A DNA stretch of 20,143 nucleotides from Candidatus Hodarchaeota archaeon (GCA_016839785.1 JAEOTQ010000212.1:1-20143), one strand, 5' to 3'; positions 7,382 to 16,487 are shown, counted from the stretch's first letter. Notes: generated from the letters alone by a model not told the origin. Translations and numbers: made by a program.

Positions 7382-8636
7382 GAGATTCATTCCTTTCTTG
7401 CACGTGAGTGTTAGTGATGATTGACCAAAGGGAAACAAACGTAATAATTAAGAGACCCCCTATACACATCGCTGCAGAGATGGGAAATAAGACATTCGAC
7501 TGATGTGTCTGGTACCCCTCAATCGACCAGAGAATGGACCACCAAATATAACCAATATACAGCATTCCTAGTCCTAGTATAATTCCATAAATTTGCCATA
7601 ATGCATTCTTTGCGTTTCTACATTGATAGCGATCAATAAGATAGAAAAGTGTGAGAGTAAAGAACGGGAAGATCATTGGTATGTAGTGGGGATAAAGAAT
7701 TCGATTAAATGCAAGGAAGATTGTAACTATCGGTAGTACACAGACATAAATTTCTAATGGATCCTTAAATTCCATATAATAGAAAATAATAACACCAATT
7801 ACTGTAAAAAGGAGAAGTTGTATAATAAATGGAAAGAGAGTCGGTGACAATTCTGTAAAAATATACACATAGAATGACATGCTTGGGTCGAGACGATCTG
7901 TATGAACTAAGAAAACATCAGTAATGAATTCTGTTGGTGCTAAAAGAAGGAATGGCAGCGATACCAGTGTAAAGGTTAATCCAGCAACTAACCCGATCTG
8001 AAATGAAGCAAACCGTCTGTTTTTTAATCCCCAGATGAGAATTGGAATTATATAAACTCCTGCTATTGGTTTGATAAGTAGGGCTAATCCAAAGCATATT
8101 CCACTCAAAGTCATTCTCTCTTGTACAAAACAAAGAAATGCAAGTAGAATGAATAATAACATGTAGTTCTCATGATAACCTCCCAGAGTTATTCCTAAGG
8201 TTGATGGGTTTAATAAGAACCAGTTAAATGCCAGAAGGGCGATTTTTTTACCATAGTTAGTATTTATCAGGTGATATATGAGGAATGCGACAAGAAAATT
8301 GATAAGAACCAGAAACATTTTCACCATGTTGAATGTAAAGATATCTACTCCGACAACAAACATAAGAGCAGCGAGTGTATATAAATACAAAGGTGGATAT
8401 TGAGGATTAGGAAGAATAATTCCATTGTACACAATTTGATGAATATCCCGATATAATAGGTCACCTTGGGCAATTTGGCGAGCAGTTTCTACCTGTAAAA
8501 CGAAATCGATGGGATTAAAATAGATTATTGCGACAATGACTTGGAGAACTAAATTTAAAATGCTGGATACAACTAACCACTTATTTTCTTGAAGGAAGTT
8601 GTTAATAACTATAGAATAATGCCACATTGTACCCAT
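7374..8636 (-). CDS. GT-C fold polytopic glycosyltransferase (PIG-M/GT50- or GT87-like mannosyltransferase)
   Basis: Many TM segments. First loop PIDF..QVETARQIAQG..LY...QYPPLY; WFLLNP; GLALLIKP; LVHTDRLD.SMSFYVY; FLAFNRILYPHY. The motif order is typical of lipid-phosphate-sugar-dependent GT-C enzymes. Confidence 0.75.
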   Translation of the reverse strand: MGTMWHYSIVINNFLQENKWLVVSSILNLVLQVIVAIIYFNPIDFVLQVETARQIAQGDLLYRDIHQIVYNGIILPNPQYPPLYLYTLAALMFVVGVDIFTFNMVKMFLVLINFLVAFLIYHLINTNYGKKIALLAFNWFLLNPSTLGITLGGYHENYMLLFILLAFLCFVQERMTLSGICFGLALLIKPIAGVYIIPILIWGLKNRRFASFQIGLVAGLTFTLVSLPFLLLAPTEFITDVFLVHTDRLDPSMSFYVYIFTELSPTLFPFIIQLLLFTVIGVIIFYYMEFKDPLEIYVCVLPIVTIFLAFNRILYPHYIPMIFPFFTLTLFYLIDRYQCRNAKNALWQIYGIILGLGMLYIGYIWWSILWSIEGYQTHQSNVLFPISAAMCIGGLLIITFVSLWSIITNTHVQERNESHV

Positions 8637-8747
8637 AGCAATCCTCTTTTCAAGATGTCCCTCTATTCACAAAGGGGTAAGACAAGTCTTCAAGTAGTTG
8701 ATTCATTTCATTCCCATTGGTTAAAATACCTCTTGCTTATTTACTAT

Positions 8748-8771
8748 TTGAGAGGAAATAATTCTTCTCAA
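8748..8771. promoter_or_regulatory. Imperfect inverted repeat in a divergent promoter region (possible operator or hairpin)
   Basis: TTGAGAGGAA-ataa-TTCTTCTCAA: 10-bp arms with one mismatch (G-U pair in RNA). Confidence 0.35.
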
Positions 8772-8849
8772 GACATCTGTTATATTGCACAATAAGAACA
8801 TTCTCTTTGTGTTTATCTCCTAGAACGTTATCTCATAGAGGAAAAGTCA

Positions 8850-11393
8850 GTGGCTCGTAGGAAACCAGCAGCTCCGCAAATTGCTTTCTTTATTGTCAAC
8901 CATGGAATTCCTACTGTGAGTATAGGCTTTAGCAATGAACAAAGTGTTTTATTCGGTGGAATATTGACTGCTATTTCATCATTGACAAGTTCAGAAACTG
9001 GGATGGGGTTGTTGGATGACATTCAAGCTGAAAAGGGACGAATTTTTATCCAAAATGTTGGTCATGATTCTCTCGTCGGATTTTTCATTTGGAGTAAGAC
9101 CCATTTTGAACAAAAGATTGAGGGTCAAATCAAAGTTCTAGCAGGAGTTTTAGGAAACAAGTACCTTTCTGATTACATCTGGAATCCCGCATTTGAAGAA
9201 ATATTACTCGTTGGTTCTTTACCAGAACGATTTCAGGTCAAATTATGTTATCAAGCTGTTGTTGCTTGGCGGAAACAGGTTCGCCATTCACCATTTCGTG
9301 AAACCGACACTTTGGAAAAATTATTAACAGGAATAGATAAGGATTTTATTCAAGATGCACTGGGTTTAACATTAGCAGATTTAACCTATGCAGAGAAAAT
9401 TGAAAATGTCATTAATGAAGCTGTATGGCTTGCGTTGGGATCTTTATTAAAAGATGATATGTCCATATTAATAACTGCAAGAAAAATTGAATCTATTCTA
9501 CCAACTCTGCGATCCAAGATTAAAACCATTATTACTCAGGAAATTAATCTTCAAGGACCTGCTGCTGTATTGAACCAGGTGATGAAAGACATTGAATTTC
9601 ATTGGCCTGAGAGCCAGCCAAAACAAGTAACAGCTGGTTTACTACTTAAAGAATTTATTTCTGGCTATGTAGATACTCCGTTTGGGGAACAGGGTTTAGT
9701 AATTACCAAACAACTCCTTGATCTTGCTTTTCCAAACAAAACTCTTGATACGATTTTTCAATCGGGAGAACTAATTCAAATGTTAACCGAAGAAGAGGCT
9801 CATTTTAATTTTCGAAAAAATCCCTTCTTCAACGCTTTTTTAAGTTTTTTAATAGAGCTAACTCCAGAAAAAATAAAACCATTGAGTGGGTCTCAGCTCA
9901 AAAAAGAGTTAACGGGCTTAATTTCACGTAATAGACCTCTGCCTAGTATGGAGATCGATCGAGTATACGATTTATCAGGGAACCCTGAAACTGCAACCTA
10001 CGCTCAAAAATCCCTTGAAAATGCTTTGATTAAAACTACCTCATCTTTATTGTCTTATCTATTAATAGGTAATAATTCTAACGTAGGAAAGGTATTTTCA
10101 GACCTAACTTCCTATATTAAACAACTTGCTGAACGGGTGGAAGAGGTTAATCATCTTACTACATTTTTACAAGATTTACTTAACTATAAATGGCGTACGG
10201 TAATCCTTAATGGGTGTTTACCCTCCATCCAAGAGTTAAACACCACTAATATCTGTTCCATACTTAAAAATGATCCTGGTAAATACATCAAGCAATTTGA
10301 GCAAAATAATTCTCGTAAAATTCACGAAGAACTTCGAGAACCTCTTCTTTCAGCTATCGAAAATGCATGGATAAGTTTGAAGAGTGGAAATTCTACTTTA
10401 GACATTGAGATGCGCTTTGATTACCCTAATCATGAAAGCATTACAAAAAAAGTCGTAAATGGACTGAAAAAACTCTCAAAGAAGGTTAAATCCAAGAAGA
10501 ACATAAATGACCAGGAAATCGCATCAATAAAAGACTATGTGAACAAAGAGATTCAACGGCTAGAAGAGAAACTTTCGAAAGAAATCAACGGTTTTGAGAA
10601 GCTTATTCTAGCAAGGAAAGTACCTGAACCTCCCTGGTTTAAATTTGTACAAACAGACTCAGGTTGGCAGGTTCCTGAATCTTCAGCGATACTGAAACAC
10701 GTTTCTACAATTTTTACAATGGAAAATCTTTTTCCCAAAAAAGATAAAGAAAGTAAACAGGCGTATGCAGTGTTTGATCAACTCAATGGTCTACATTTTG
10801 CTATTGAGATGATTACAGCAAATCATTTCTATGATCAGATTCCTTCCAAGTTAATAAACATGGTCGAACATCCAGTAAAGTTTGAAAAGAATCAGGCAAT
10901 CAAAACCCTTCGAGAAATGCGGTATAATGAAGGAGTTATTGCATTAAGAGATTATTTAGTGTCAAACGCTGGGTTAATTACTTCCCTCCTCTCCCAAGGA
11001 TTTGCATCAATTAAGGATTCTTACATTAAGAATAATCCTGAGGTCCTAATGGACGATGAAAATCTCCAGAACCCAAATTATCTCCATCTTATGGAAATCC
11101 CTCGTGAAATTCTAGAAGATGTGCCTCCAGCAGATATATTTGGTGATAATTACTTTAATTACTTAACTACACATAATACGGTTAAAATTGGGTTTCATTT
11201 ATCCAAATGGAAAGGAAGAGGGAATGATTTGTATGAGTTACTTATATCTTCAAGTTCTTTGGAAAATGCTTATTTGTATAAACAAGCAACAAAAATCCTT
11301 GGGCATTTTTCAGGTTATGTTTATTCAGCCGCAGTTGGGAACTTGGAAGTTTGTCCACCTGAACTAACACGAATTAGTGACTTATTTCTATAG
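8850..11393 (+). CDS. Large hypothetical protein with N-terminal longin-like domain and a basic coiled-coil segment
   Basis: 847-aa ORF with GTG start and GAGGA upstream. The N-terminus FFIVNHGIP...SVLFGGILTAISSLTSSETGMGLLDDI..EKGRIFI follows the Asgard longin pattern GIP...LF.G.L.AI..F..E...G.L..I. The rest appears mostly helical and includes KKVVNGLKKLSKKVKSKK...EIQRLEEKLSKEI. Confidence 0.65.
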   Translation: MARRKPAAPQIAFFIVNHGIPTVSIGFSNEQSVLFGGILTAISSLTSSETGMGLLDDIQAEKGRIFIQNVGHDSLVGFFIWSKTHFEQKIEGQIKVLAGVLGNKYLSDYIWNPAFEEILLVGSLPERFQVKLCYQAVVAWRKQVRHSPFRETDTLEKLLTGIDKDFIQDALGLTLADLTYAEKIENVINEAVWLALGSLLKDDMSILITARKIESILPTLRSKIKTIITQEINLQGPAAVLNQVMKDIEFHWPESQPKQVTAGLLLKEFISGYVDTPFGEQGLVITKQLLDLAFPNKTLDTIFQSGELIQMLTEEEAHFNFRKNPFFNAFLSFLIELTPEKIKPLSGSQLKKELTGLISRNRPLPSMEIDRVYDLSGNPETATYAQKSLENALIKTTSSLLSYLLIGNNSNVGKVFSDLTSYIKQLAERVEEVNHLTTFLQDLLNYKWRTVILNGCLPSIQELNTTNICSILKNDPGKYIKQFEQNNSRKIHEELREPLLSAIENAWISLKSGNSTLDIEMRFDYPNHESITKKVVNGLKKLSKKVKSKKNINDQEIASIKDYVNKEIQRLEEKLSKEINGFEKLILARKVPEPPWFKFVQTDSGWQVPESSAILKHVSTIFTMENLFPKKDKESKQAYAVFDQLNGLHFAIEMITANHFYDQIPSKLINMVEHPVKFEKNQAIKTLREMRYNEGVIALRDYLVSNAGLITSLLSQGFASIKDSYIKNNPEVLMDDENLQNPNYLHLMEIPREILEDVPPADIFGDNYFNYLTTHNTVKIGFHLSKWKGRGNDLYELLISSSSLENAYLYKQATKILGHFSGYVYSAAVGNLEVCPPELTRISDLFL

Positions 11394-11418
11394 AAAAATA
11401 AAATTAGGGTATGGAGCG

Positions 11419-12774
11419 TTATTCTCCATAAATATTTAATATTTCGTTACGCCAAGGATGGTAGTCGGCAGGATCTGCAGGGAAGTTTTCGTACAGAGAC
11501 CTAGCCTTATCCATCTGTTTTAAAATGCCTCTAAATTTCAATAATGTTCCCAGTATTCGTTTTCCACGCCAAGCACGTAGTAAATTCACCATAAAGCCAC
11601 TGGAAATATTTCCTGACGCATTTCCATATAGTAAATCATTAGCTCCGAGAATTTCTTTATGAAAAATCTCATTAATGATTGAACTGGGCATGGGAATGAT
11701 AAAATCTTTCATAATTGCCAGCGGGGCATTAATAGCGGCAAGACTTCTCATGAATTGTACATTATAATCCCATAAACCTTCCATGGACACATTATCATTT
11801 TCTAATGCAGGAACAATGGTCGTACTTGCCATTGCTGCAGCATTAACGGAAATACCGATACCTCCTCCATCGGTGGGTTTAACTTGGGTTCCAGAATCGC
11901 CAATAAGCATGAAACCATTCCAAATGAGATTATCTTGAGGACGTCTAAGCGGTACACGCCAAGCACCTCCATGAATTAGTTTAGAATCTTCATAAAGGGC
12001 TTTTGATTGTTCAATAAAAACATCAAACTGCTTGTGAGGATTCATTTGGTAGTTTCGCATTACTCCTAATCCCGTATTCATGGAATGGGGACCTCTTGGA
12101 AATTCCCAGATATATCCCCCCTTTGCGACATCTTGATCGAAGATTAATCGGATAAATTCAGGAGATTCAATTTCAGGTTTTACATCTCTAATCTCACGAT
12201 AACAATTGCATATATCTTTTGGAGCTAATTCCAAATCCATAAATGTTTTTTCAGGATTTAATTTAGTTCTCAATACTCCAATGATCCCTGAAGCATCAAT
12301 GATCACCTTTCCATTCATCTCATGGATATTTTTGTCTTTTCCCCGGTATTTAATTCCTGTTACATAATCATTCGTAATTATCGGTTCTTTTACCATCGCT
12401 TCATCGAATAATTCGGCTCCAAAGTCAACTGCATCTTCCAATACACGCATGCCGAGTTTAAACCTGTCAATAATAATTCCCGTTCCTCCTTCTTCGACAA
12501 GTTCAAGTTTAATTTCCCGATCTGGAGAATATAACCAGGCCCCTGCCACTTTTTGAACTACCTCATCACCCTTTGGTGGATCAACTTTGGTAATATGCTG
12601 AATGCGTTTGAAATGCTCACCACTAGTAGCATCACCACATATTTTTACACCGATTTTTTCTTTTGGTTGTCGGTCTAACAACGCGACCTTCAGGCCTTTG
12701 TTAGCAAGTGCCGCCGCAGCCATACTGCCTGCAGTACCAGCACCAGTAATTACAACATCATAATTAGTGGTCAT
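11419..12774 (-). CDS. Geranylgeranyl reductase family flavoprotein (digeranylgeranylglycerophospholipid reductase-like)
   Basis: YDVVITGAGTAG FAD motif, KICGD, IDR, VIIDASG, GYIWEFP (YxWxFP GGR motif), LIGDSG..V.PTDGGGI. Confidence 0.88.
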   Translation of the reverse strand: MTTNYDVVITGAGTAGSMAAAALANKGLKVALLDRQPKEKIGVKICGDATSGEHFKRIQHITKVDPPKGDEVVQKVAGAWLYSPDREIKLELVEEGGTGIIIDRFKLGMRVLEDAVDFGAELFDEAMVKEPIITNDYVTGIKYRGKDKNIHEMNGKVIIDASGIIGVLRTKLNPEKTFMDLELAPKDICNCYREIRDVKPEIESPEFIRLIFDQDVAKGGYIWEFPRGPHSMNTGLGVMRNYQMNPHKQFDVFIEQSKALYEDSKLIHGGAWRVPLRRPQDNLIWNGFMLIGDSGTQVKPTDGGGIGISVNAAAMASTTIVPALENDNVSMEGLWDYNVQFMRSLAAINAPLAIMKDFIIPMPSSIINEIFHKEILGANDLLYGNASGNISSGFMVNLLRAWRGKRILGTLLKFRGILKQMDKARSLYENFPADPADYHPWRNEILNIYGE

Positions 12775-12846
12775 AATTGAAATCTATCCCTTAAATTGAT
12801 AATGAAGAATTTCGAGCTTCTCCTATAGTTATTTTTGCTACGCATT

Positions 12847-13968
12847 TCAGCTAAAGGATAATTTGTCTAATTTTTTCATTAGGGAAGATTGAGTTTTTCC
12901 ACGGATTTCCATTTGTTCTTTAAGAAAATCGATACTATCCACTGTATTCGGATTTTGGTCATTTAGTAAAGCAAGGTAGATGGAAATATAATCGCCTAGA
13001 TACGTTGCCGTAACCATTTGAGTGAGTAAATTACCTGAAACCACTTGAATTTCAAGTATTTCTACCTTAGGTTTAATAATTTCTTTGGAAATCTCGAATC
13101 GAAGAGAAACATTCGCGTGTTCTAAGGGAAAGCGAAAAACTATCACAATAAAGGGATTATTCTTTGCTAGGCTCTGAAAACCCACTATATGGTTATGGTT
13201 GAGTTCGGGTAATTCTTCAGCAATAGCAAGTTGTTTAGAATTTTCATTAATCTGACACTTTAGACGATTGGCTACACAGAAAAATGGGGACCAAATGACA
13301 GGAATGCGGTTTTGTAGTTTTTTAGCAATTTTTTTTGCTTGATTCTCGGATGCTTGTGTCTGAGGTCGTATGAGTTCCCTTAGTTCTTTCAAGTTTTGAA
13401 TAACTTCTTGGATAACATCATCTTCTAAATTAATAATGTTCATTGAGTCAAGTATTTTTAAAATGGGGAATAGTAGCAAGGGAAAGGACGCACGGGGTTG
13501 ATTTCCAGCAGGAATTTTGAAGTAAGGTATTTTATTTGATATACAAAAGTTTTCCATCTTTCCTCCACTTCCTACGCATATTATTGGGCATTTTTTCTTT
13601 ATTGCGGAGCTCATTCCCGAGATCGTTTCTTCTGTATTGCCAGAATACGAAATAGCAATGACTAATGTATTGCCAGAGGCAAATTTAGGCAAAGTATAAT
13701 TTCGTTGTACGATTATTGGTATATCTAGGGAATTAGCGTAATATGTGGAAATATAATCCCCACTTACCGCTGATCCACCCATTCCACAAATCAAAATATG
13801 AGATATGTCGTTCTTATAACTGATAAGGGTCGTACCAATCGAAATTTCAGAGGGAATATCAATTGATTGATCCATTATCTTTTCAATTAAGCTAGGCCAT
13901 GTAAAAACCATTCCAAGCATGTCATCGGTATCTAAACCCGAGATTTTCTGTAAATCGTCAATATCCAT
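12847..13968 (-). CDS. Bifunctional phosphoglucose/phosphomannose isomerase (SIS-domain, archaeal type)
   Basis: ICGMGGSA, ISYSGNTEET, GSGGK, QPRAS, KCQINENSK, PELNHN, C-terminal VDSIDFLK. Confidence 0.92.
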   Translation of the reverse strand: MDIDDLQKISGLDTDDMLGMVFTWPSLIEKIMDQSIDIPSEISIGTTLISYKNDISHILICGMGGSAVSGDYISTYYANSLDIPIIVQRNYTLPKFASGNTLVIAISYSGNTEETISGMSSAIKKKCPIICVGSGGKMENFCISNKIPYFKIPAGNQPRASFPLLLFPILKILDSMNIINLEDDVIQEVIQNLKELRELIRPQTQASENQAKKIAKKLQNRIPVIWSPFFCVANRLKCQINENSKQLAIAEELPELNHNHIVGFQSLAKNNPFIVIVFRFPLEHANVSLRFEISKEIIKPKVEILEIQVVSGNLLTQMVTATYLGDYISIYLALLNDQNPNTVDSIDFLKEQMEIRGKTQSSLMKKLDKLSFS

Positions 13969-14121
13969 CTCAATAACCCATGAATTCTATCTTTACCAAG
14001 CTCACAAAGTCTTGCTTTCATTAATTTGTCTCTTTGATATCTCAAGAATATATCATCCTCATGTTGTCTGAGTAAGATGTGGCCTAAAAATGGTCGAGGA
14101 TTATTGATAGATGAGTGCAAA

Positions 14122-14592
14122 ATGCAAACAGCCTACTTGGAAATCATTCATTTTCTCGGAGACACTGGTTATTATGCCAGAACAGAGACAGAAAGAGGTA
14201 TTTTGACTACTCTTTCTGAAAAAGGACTGATTCAGTTAAAAAAAGGAACTAAAAGTGTTTATTGTTTGACTAATATTGGTGAGAGATATCTTCAAGGTCA
14301 AAAACCCATGAAAGCAGATCTAAGTGATAATCAGTTTCTCTCACTACTAAGAGAAGCTTATACTTCCTTAGCCACCCCAATGAAACCATTGGTTCGCATA
14401 CCTGAGATCCGTGAAAAATTAAACACCAGAAACCCGATCCCCGATCCCTATTTCGATAAGAAGGTTCTATCCTTTCATGACCAAGGGGTCCTAACTTTAC
14501 AAACTGCGATGTCTAAATCTCATGCAGGATATGGAGGTATTAATTCCAATACTGGAACAGGTGTTTTTTACTACTTAACTTTTGAGGCCTAG
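14122..14592 (+). CDS. Putative DNA-binding protein with two winged-helix-like domains (RcaD-like by recollection)
   Basis: N-terminal LTTLSEKGLIQL....VYCLTNIGERYL is a typical wHTH wing plus helix. C-terminal LVRIPEIREKL....FDKKVLSFHDQGVLTLQ...GGI....GVFYY. It ends 6 nt before the ATPase gene. ATG 14122 is preferred over 14077. Confidence 0.6.
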   Translation: MQTAYLEIIHFLGDTGYYARTETERGILTTLSEKGLIQLKKGTKSVYCLTNIGERYLQGQKPMKADLSDNQFLSLLREAYTSLATPMKPLVRIPEIREKLNTRNPIPDPYFDKKVLSFHDQGVLTLQTAMSKSHAGYGGINSNTGTGVFYYLTFEA

Positions 14593-14598
14593 ATTAAG

Positions 14599-15969
14599 AT
14601 GACTCAAGTTACCAATCTAATTATAGAAAATCCTTTTCATAATTTTACTGCACGAGCGGACGTACCTGAAATATTCAATCTGTTACGCCCGAATAAAGAT
14701 GCTATAAATAGAATTTCTCATGCGCTTGAAACCGTAAGAAAACAAAAGAGGGAATCAATGATTGTCCCAGTCATAGCTGAGGCTGGATACGGAAAAACTC
14801 ATTTTTATTGGGTTGTTCGCGAGCAGGTCACGAATGCATATGTTGTTTACGTTCCTGTACCAACTAATCCAAATAGAATTTATTCCCACTTTTACTTCGA
14901 GACGGTTAAAGCAGGAGGTTCGGCTCTTTTGGAGTATGTTGCGGATTTCCTTGTTCAGAAGTATAAAAAGGTTGAAAATGCTGCATTCGAGTTTCCTGGC
15001 CTAGGAAATGTTGTTATCGAAGGTTTTTTTGCTCTTAAAGATCCTAAACAATCAAAATTGGCCCTCAAATGGTTTACCGGTTTTGATATCGATGAAGAAA
15101 CCAAATCATTTCATAGAACTATTATGGATGATGAAGAACTAGCGTTTGCAGCTCTCAAGGTTATTCTGAAGTCTGTGGACAAACCACTAATTTTCTTTGT
15201 AGATGAGTTAGAATCTCTTTTTATTTCCCTGGGACCTGAAGCAGAGCTTCAATTATTAGAAAGTATCAAAAAGATGCATAATGAGGCGAGTAATTTTGTT
15301 CTCTGTCTTGCCTGTCTGGCGACTTTATGGGATAAAATCCTTGATCTATCTAGCACCGCAGTTCAAAGTCGTATTGAACCCCCTATCCTGTTAAAGCGAT
15401 TTACTAAAAACGATATTCAAGATTACTGTGTTCACATGTTAAAAGATTTTCATCAAAAATTTGACCTTTCTTTGTCGGAAGAAAACTCTACTTGGCCTTT
15501 AGGGAAATCAGATATTGAATCTGCCTATGCCTATTCTCATGGAAACCCTCGTGAGGCAATCAAGTGGTTAGCGGGTGTAACTGAAGAGAAAAAAGCCCCT
15601 ATATTAAAAGAATTAGGAAAAAATCAGAAATTTCTAAGTAATCACGGTAAAAAGATCAAATCTGCACTTGGAAAACCCAAAGGAGTTACAATTGGAGTTC
15701 TTCAGCGAAACAATGGGCTTCAAATTTCGGTTTCTGAAAAGGATAATCGGTACTTGATAATAATTCCCCCTCAAATAGATCTGGAACCAATATTCGAAAA
15801 TTCATTCATTGAAGGGTTAAAAGAAGACCTCGCCAAAGAAAACTATTCCGAGGTCATTTTACTTGGTGAAGAGACACCCTTCAAGAAAAACGAGATGGAA
15901 GTCACTTCTTTCTCAAAAGATGATATAAAAGGTTTAACGGAATACGTGGAGAAAATTTCTAAAAATTAA
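14599..15969 (+). CDS. AAA+/STAND-like P-loop ATPase with uncharacterised C-terminal domain
   Basis: N-terminal NPF, Walker A AEAGYGKT (aa 60-67), Walker B IFFVDELE, Arg-finger-like VQSRI, sensor-2-like GNPREAI. Confidence 0.85.
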   Translation: MTQVTNLIIENPFHNFTARADVPEIFNLLRPNKDAINRISHALETVRKQKRESMIVPVIAEAGYGKTHFYWVVREQVTNAYVVYVPVPTNPNRIYSHFYFETVKAGGSALLEYVADFLVQKYKKVENAAFEFPGLGNVVIEGFFALKDPKQSKLALKWFTGFDIDEETKSFHRTIMDDEELAFAALKVILKSVDKPLIFFVDELESLFISLGPEAELQLLESIKKMHNEASNFVLCLACLATLWDKILDLSSTAVQSRIEPPILLKRFTKNDIQDYCVHMLKDFHQKFDLSLSEENSTWPLGKSDIESAYAYSHGNPREAIKWLAGVTEEKKAPILKELGKNQKFLSNHGKKIKSALGKPKGVTIGVLQRNNGLQISVSEKDNRYLIIIPPQIDLEPIFENSFIEGLKEDLAKENYSEVILLGEETPFKKNEMEVTSFSKDDIKGLTEYVEKISKN

Positions 15970-15994
15970 TGAGTAATAGATCTTTTACAGGAAT

Positions 15995-16462
15995 CTATTT
16001 CAATAATAGCCGCATTTCACTTGTTTTTGTAAATCCTAGTTGGGTATAAAGTTCCTTTCCCATCTCAGTTGCATGTAACGTCACTTTATTTATGCCCATC
16101 TGTTCTATCTTGGTAAGAGCTTCCTCAAGTAATTTTCGAGCAATTCCCTGTCGCCGATAAGTGGATAGTGTGCATAAATTCATCAAATACGCAATTTTCC
16201 CTGATAGATTACGAGGACCTGGTGGATGTTGATCGATAATAAGACCGATATTACTCACAATTACTCCCTTCGTATTTACTGCGACCCATCCATAAAATTC
16301 TTCTGTTGGAATTACTCGCTTAAAATAGTTTTCTGCTGCTGAATCTCCTGCTTCCAATAATTCAACGTCATCATGTCCCATAGATTCGAACATTAGGCGT
16401 CTTAACTTCACTAATGATGGTATATCTGAAATCGTTGCTTTTCTGATAGAAATAGAGTCCAT
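15995..16462 (-). CDS. GNAT family N-acetyltransferase
   Basis: IRKATISDI N-terminus, acetyl-CoA motif YRRQGIARKLL, and LHAT.MGKELYTQLGF. Confidence 0.92.
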   Translation of the reverse strand: MDSISIRKATISDIPSLVKLRRLMFESMGHDDVELLEAGDSAAENYFKRVIPTEEFYGWVAVNTKGVIVSNIGLIIDQHPPGPRNLSGKIAYLMNLCTLSTYRRQGIARKLLEEALTKIEQMGINKVTLHATEMGKELYTQLGFTKTSEMRLLLK

Positions 16463-16487
16463 TATCTTCCATCCCGCCTGAAACTTC

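Noticed and set aside
14599-15969. Calling the ATPase Orc1/Cdc6 with an adjacent replication origin
   Set aside because: It lacks the typical Cdc6 motifs I would expect (G.TGTGKT, LDE.D, C-terminal wHTH), and no ORB-like repeats or long AT-rich origin region lie beside it.
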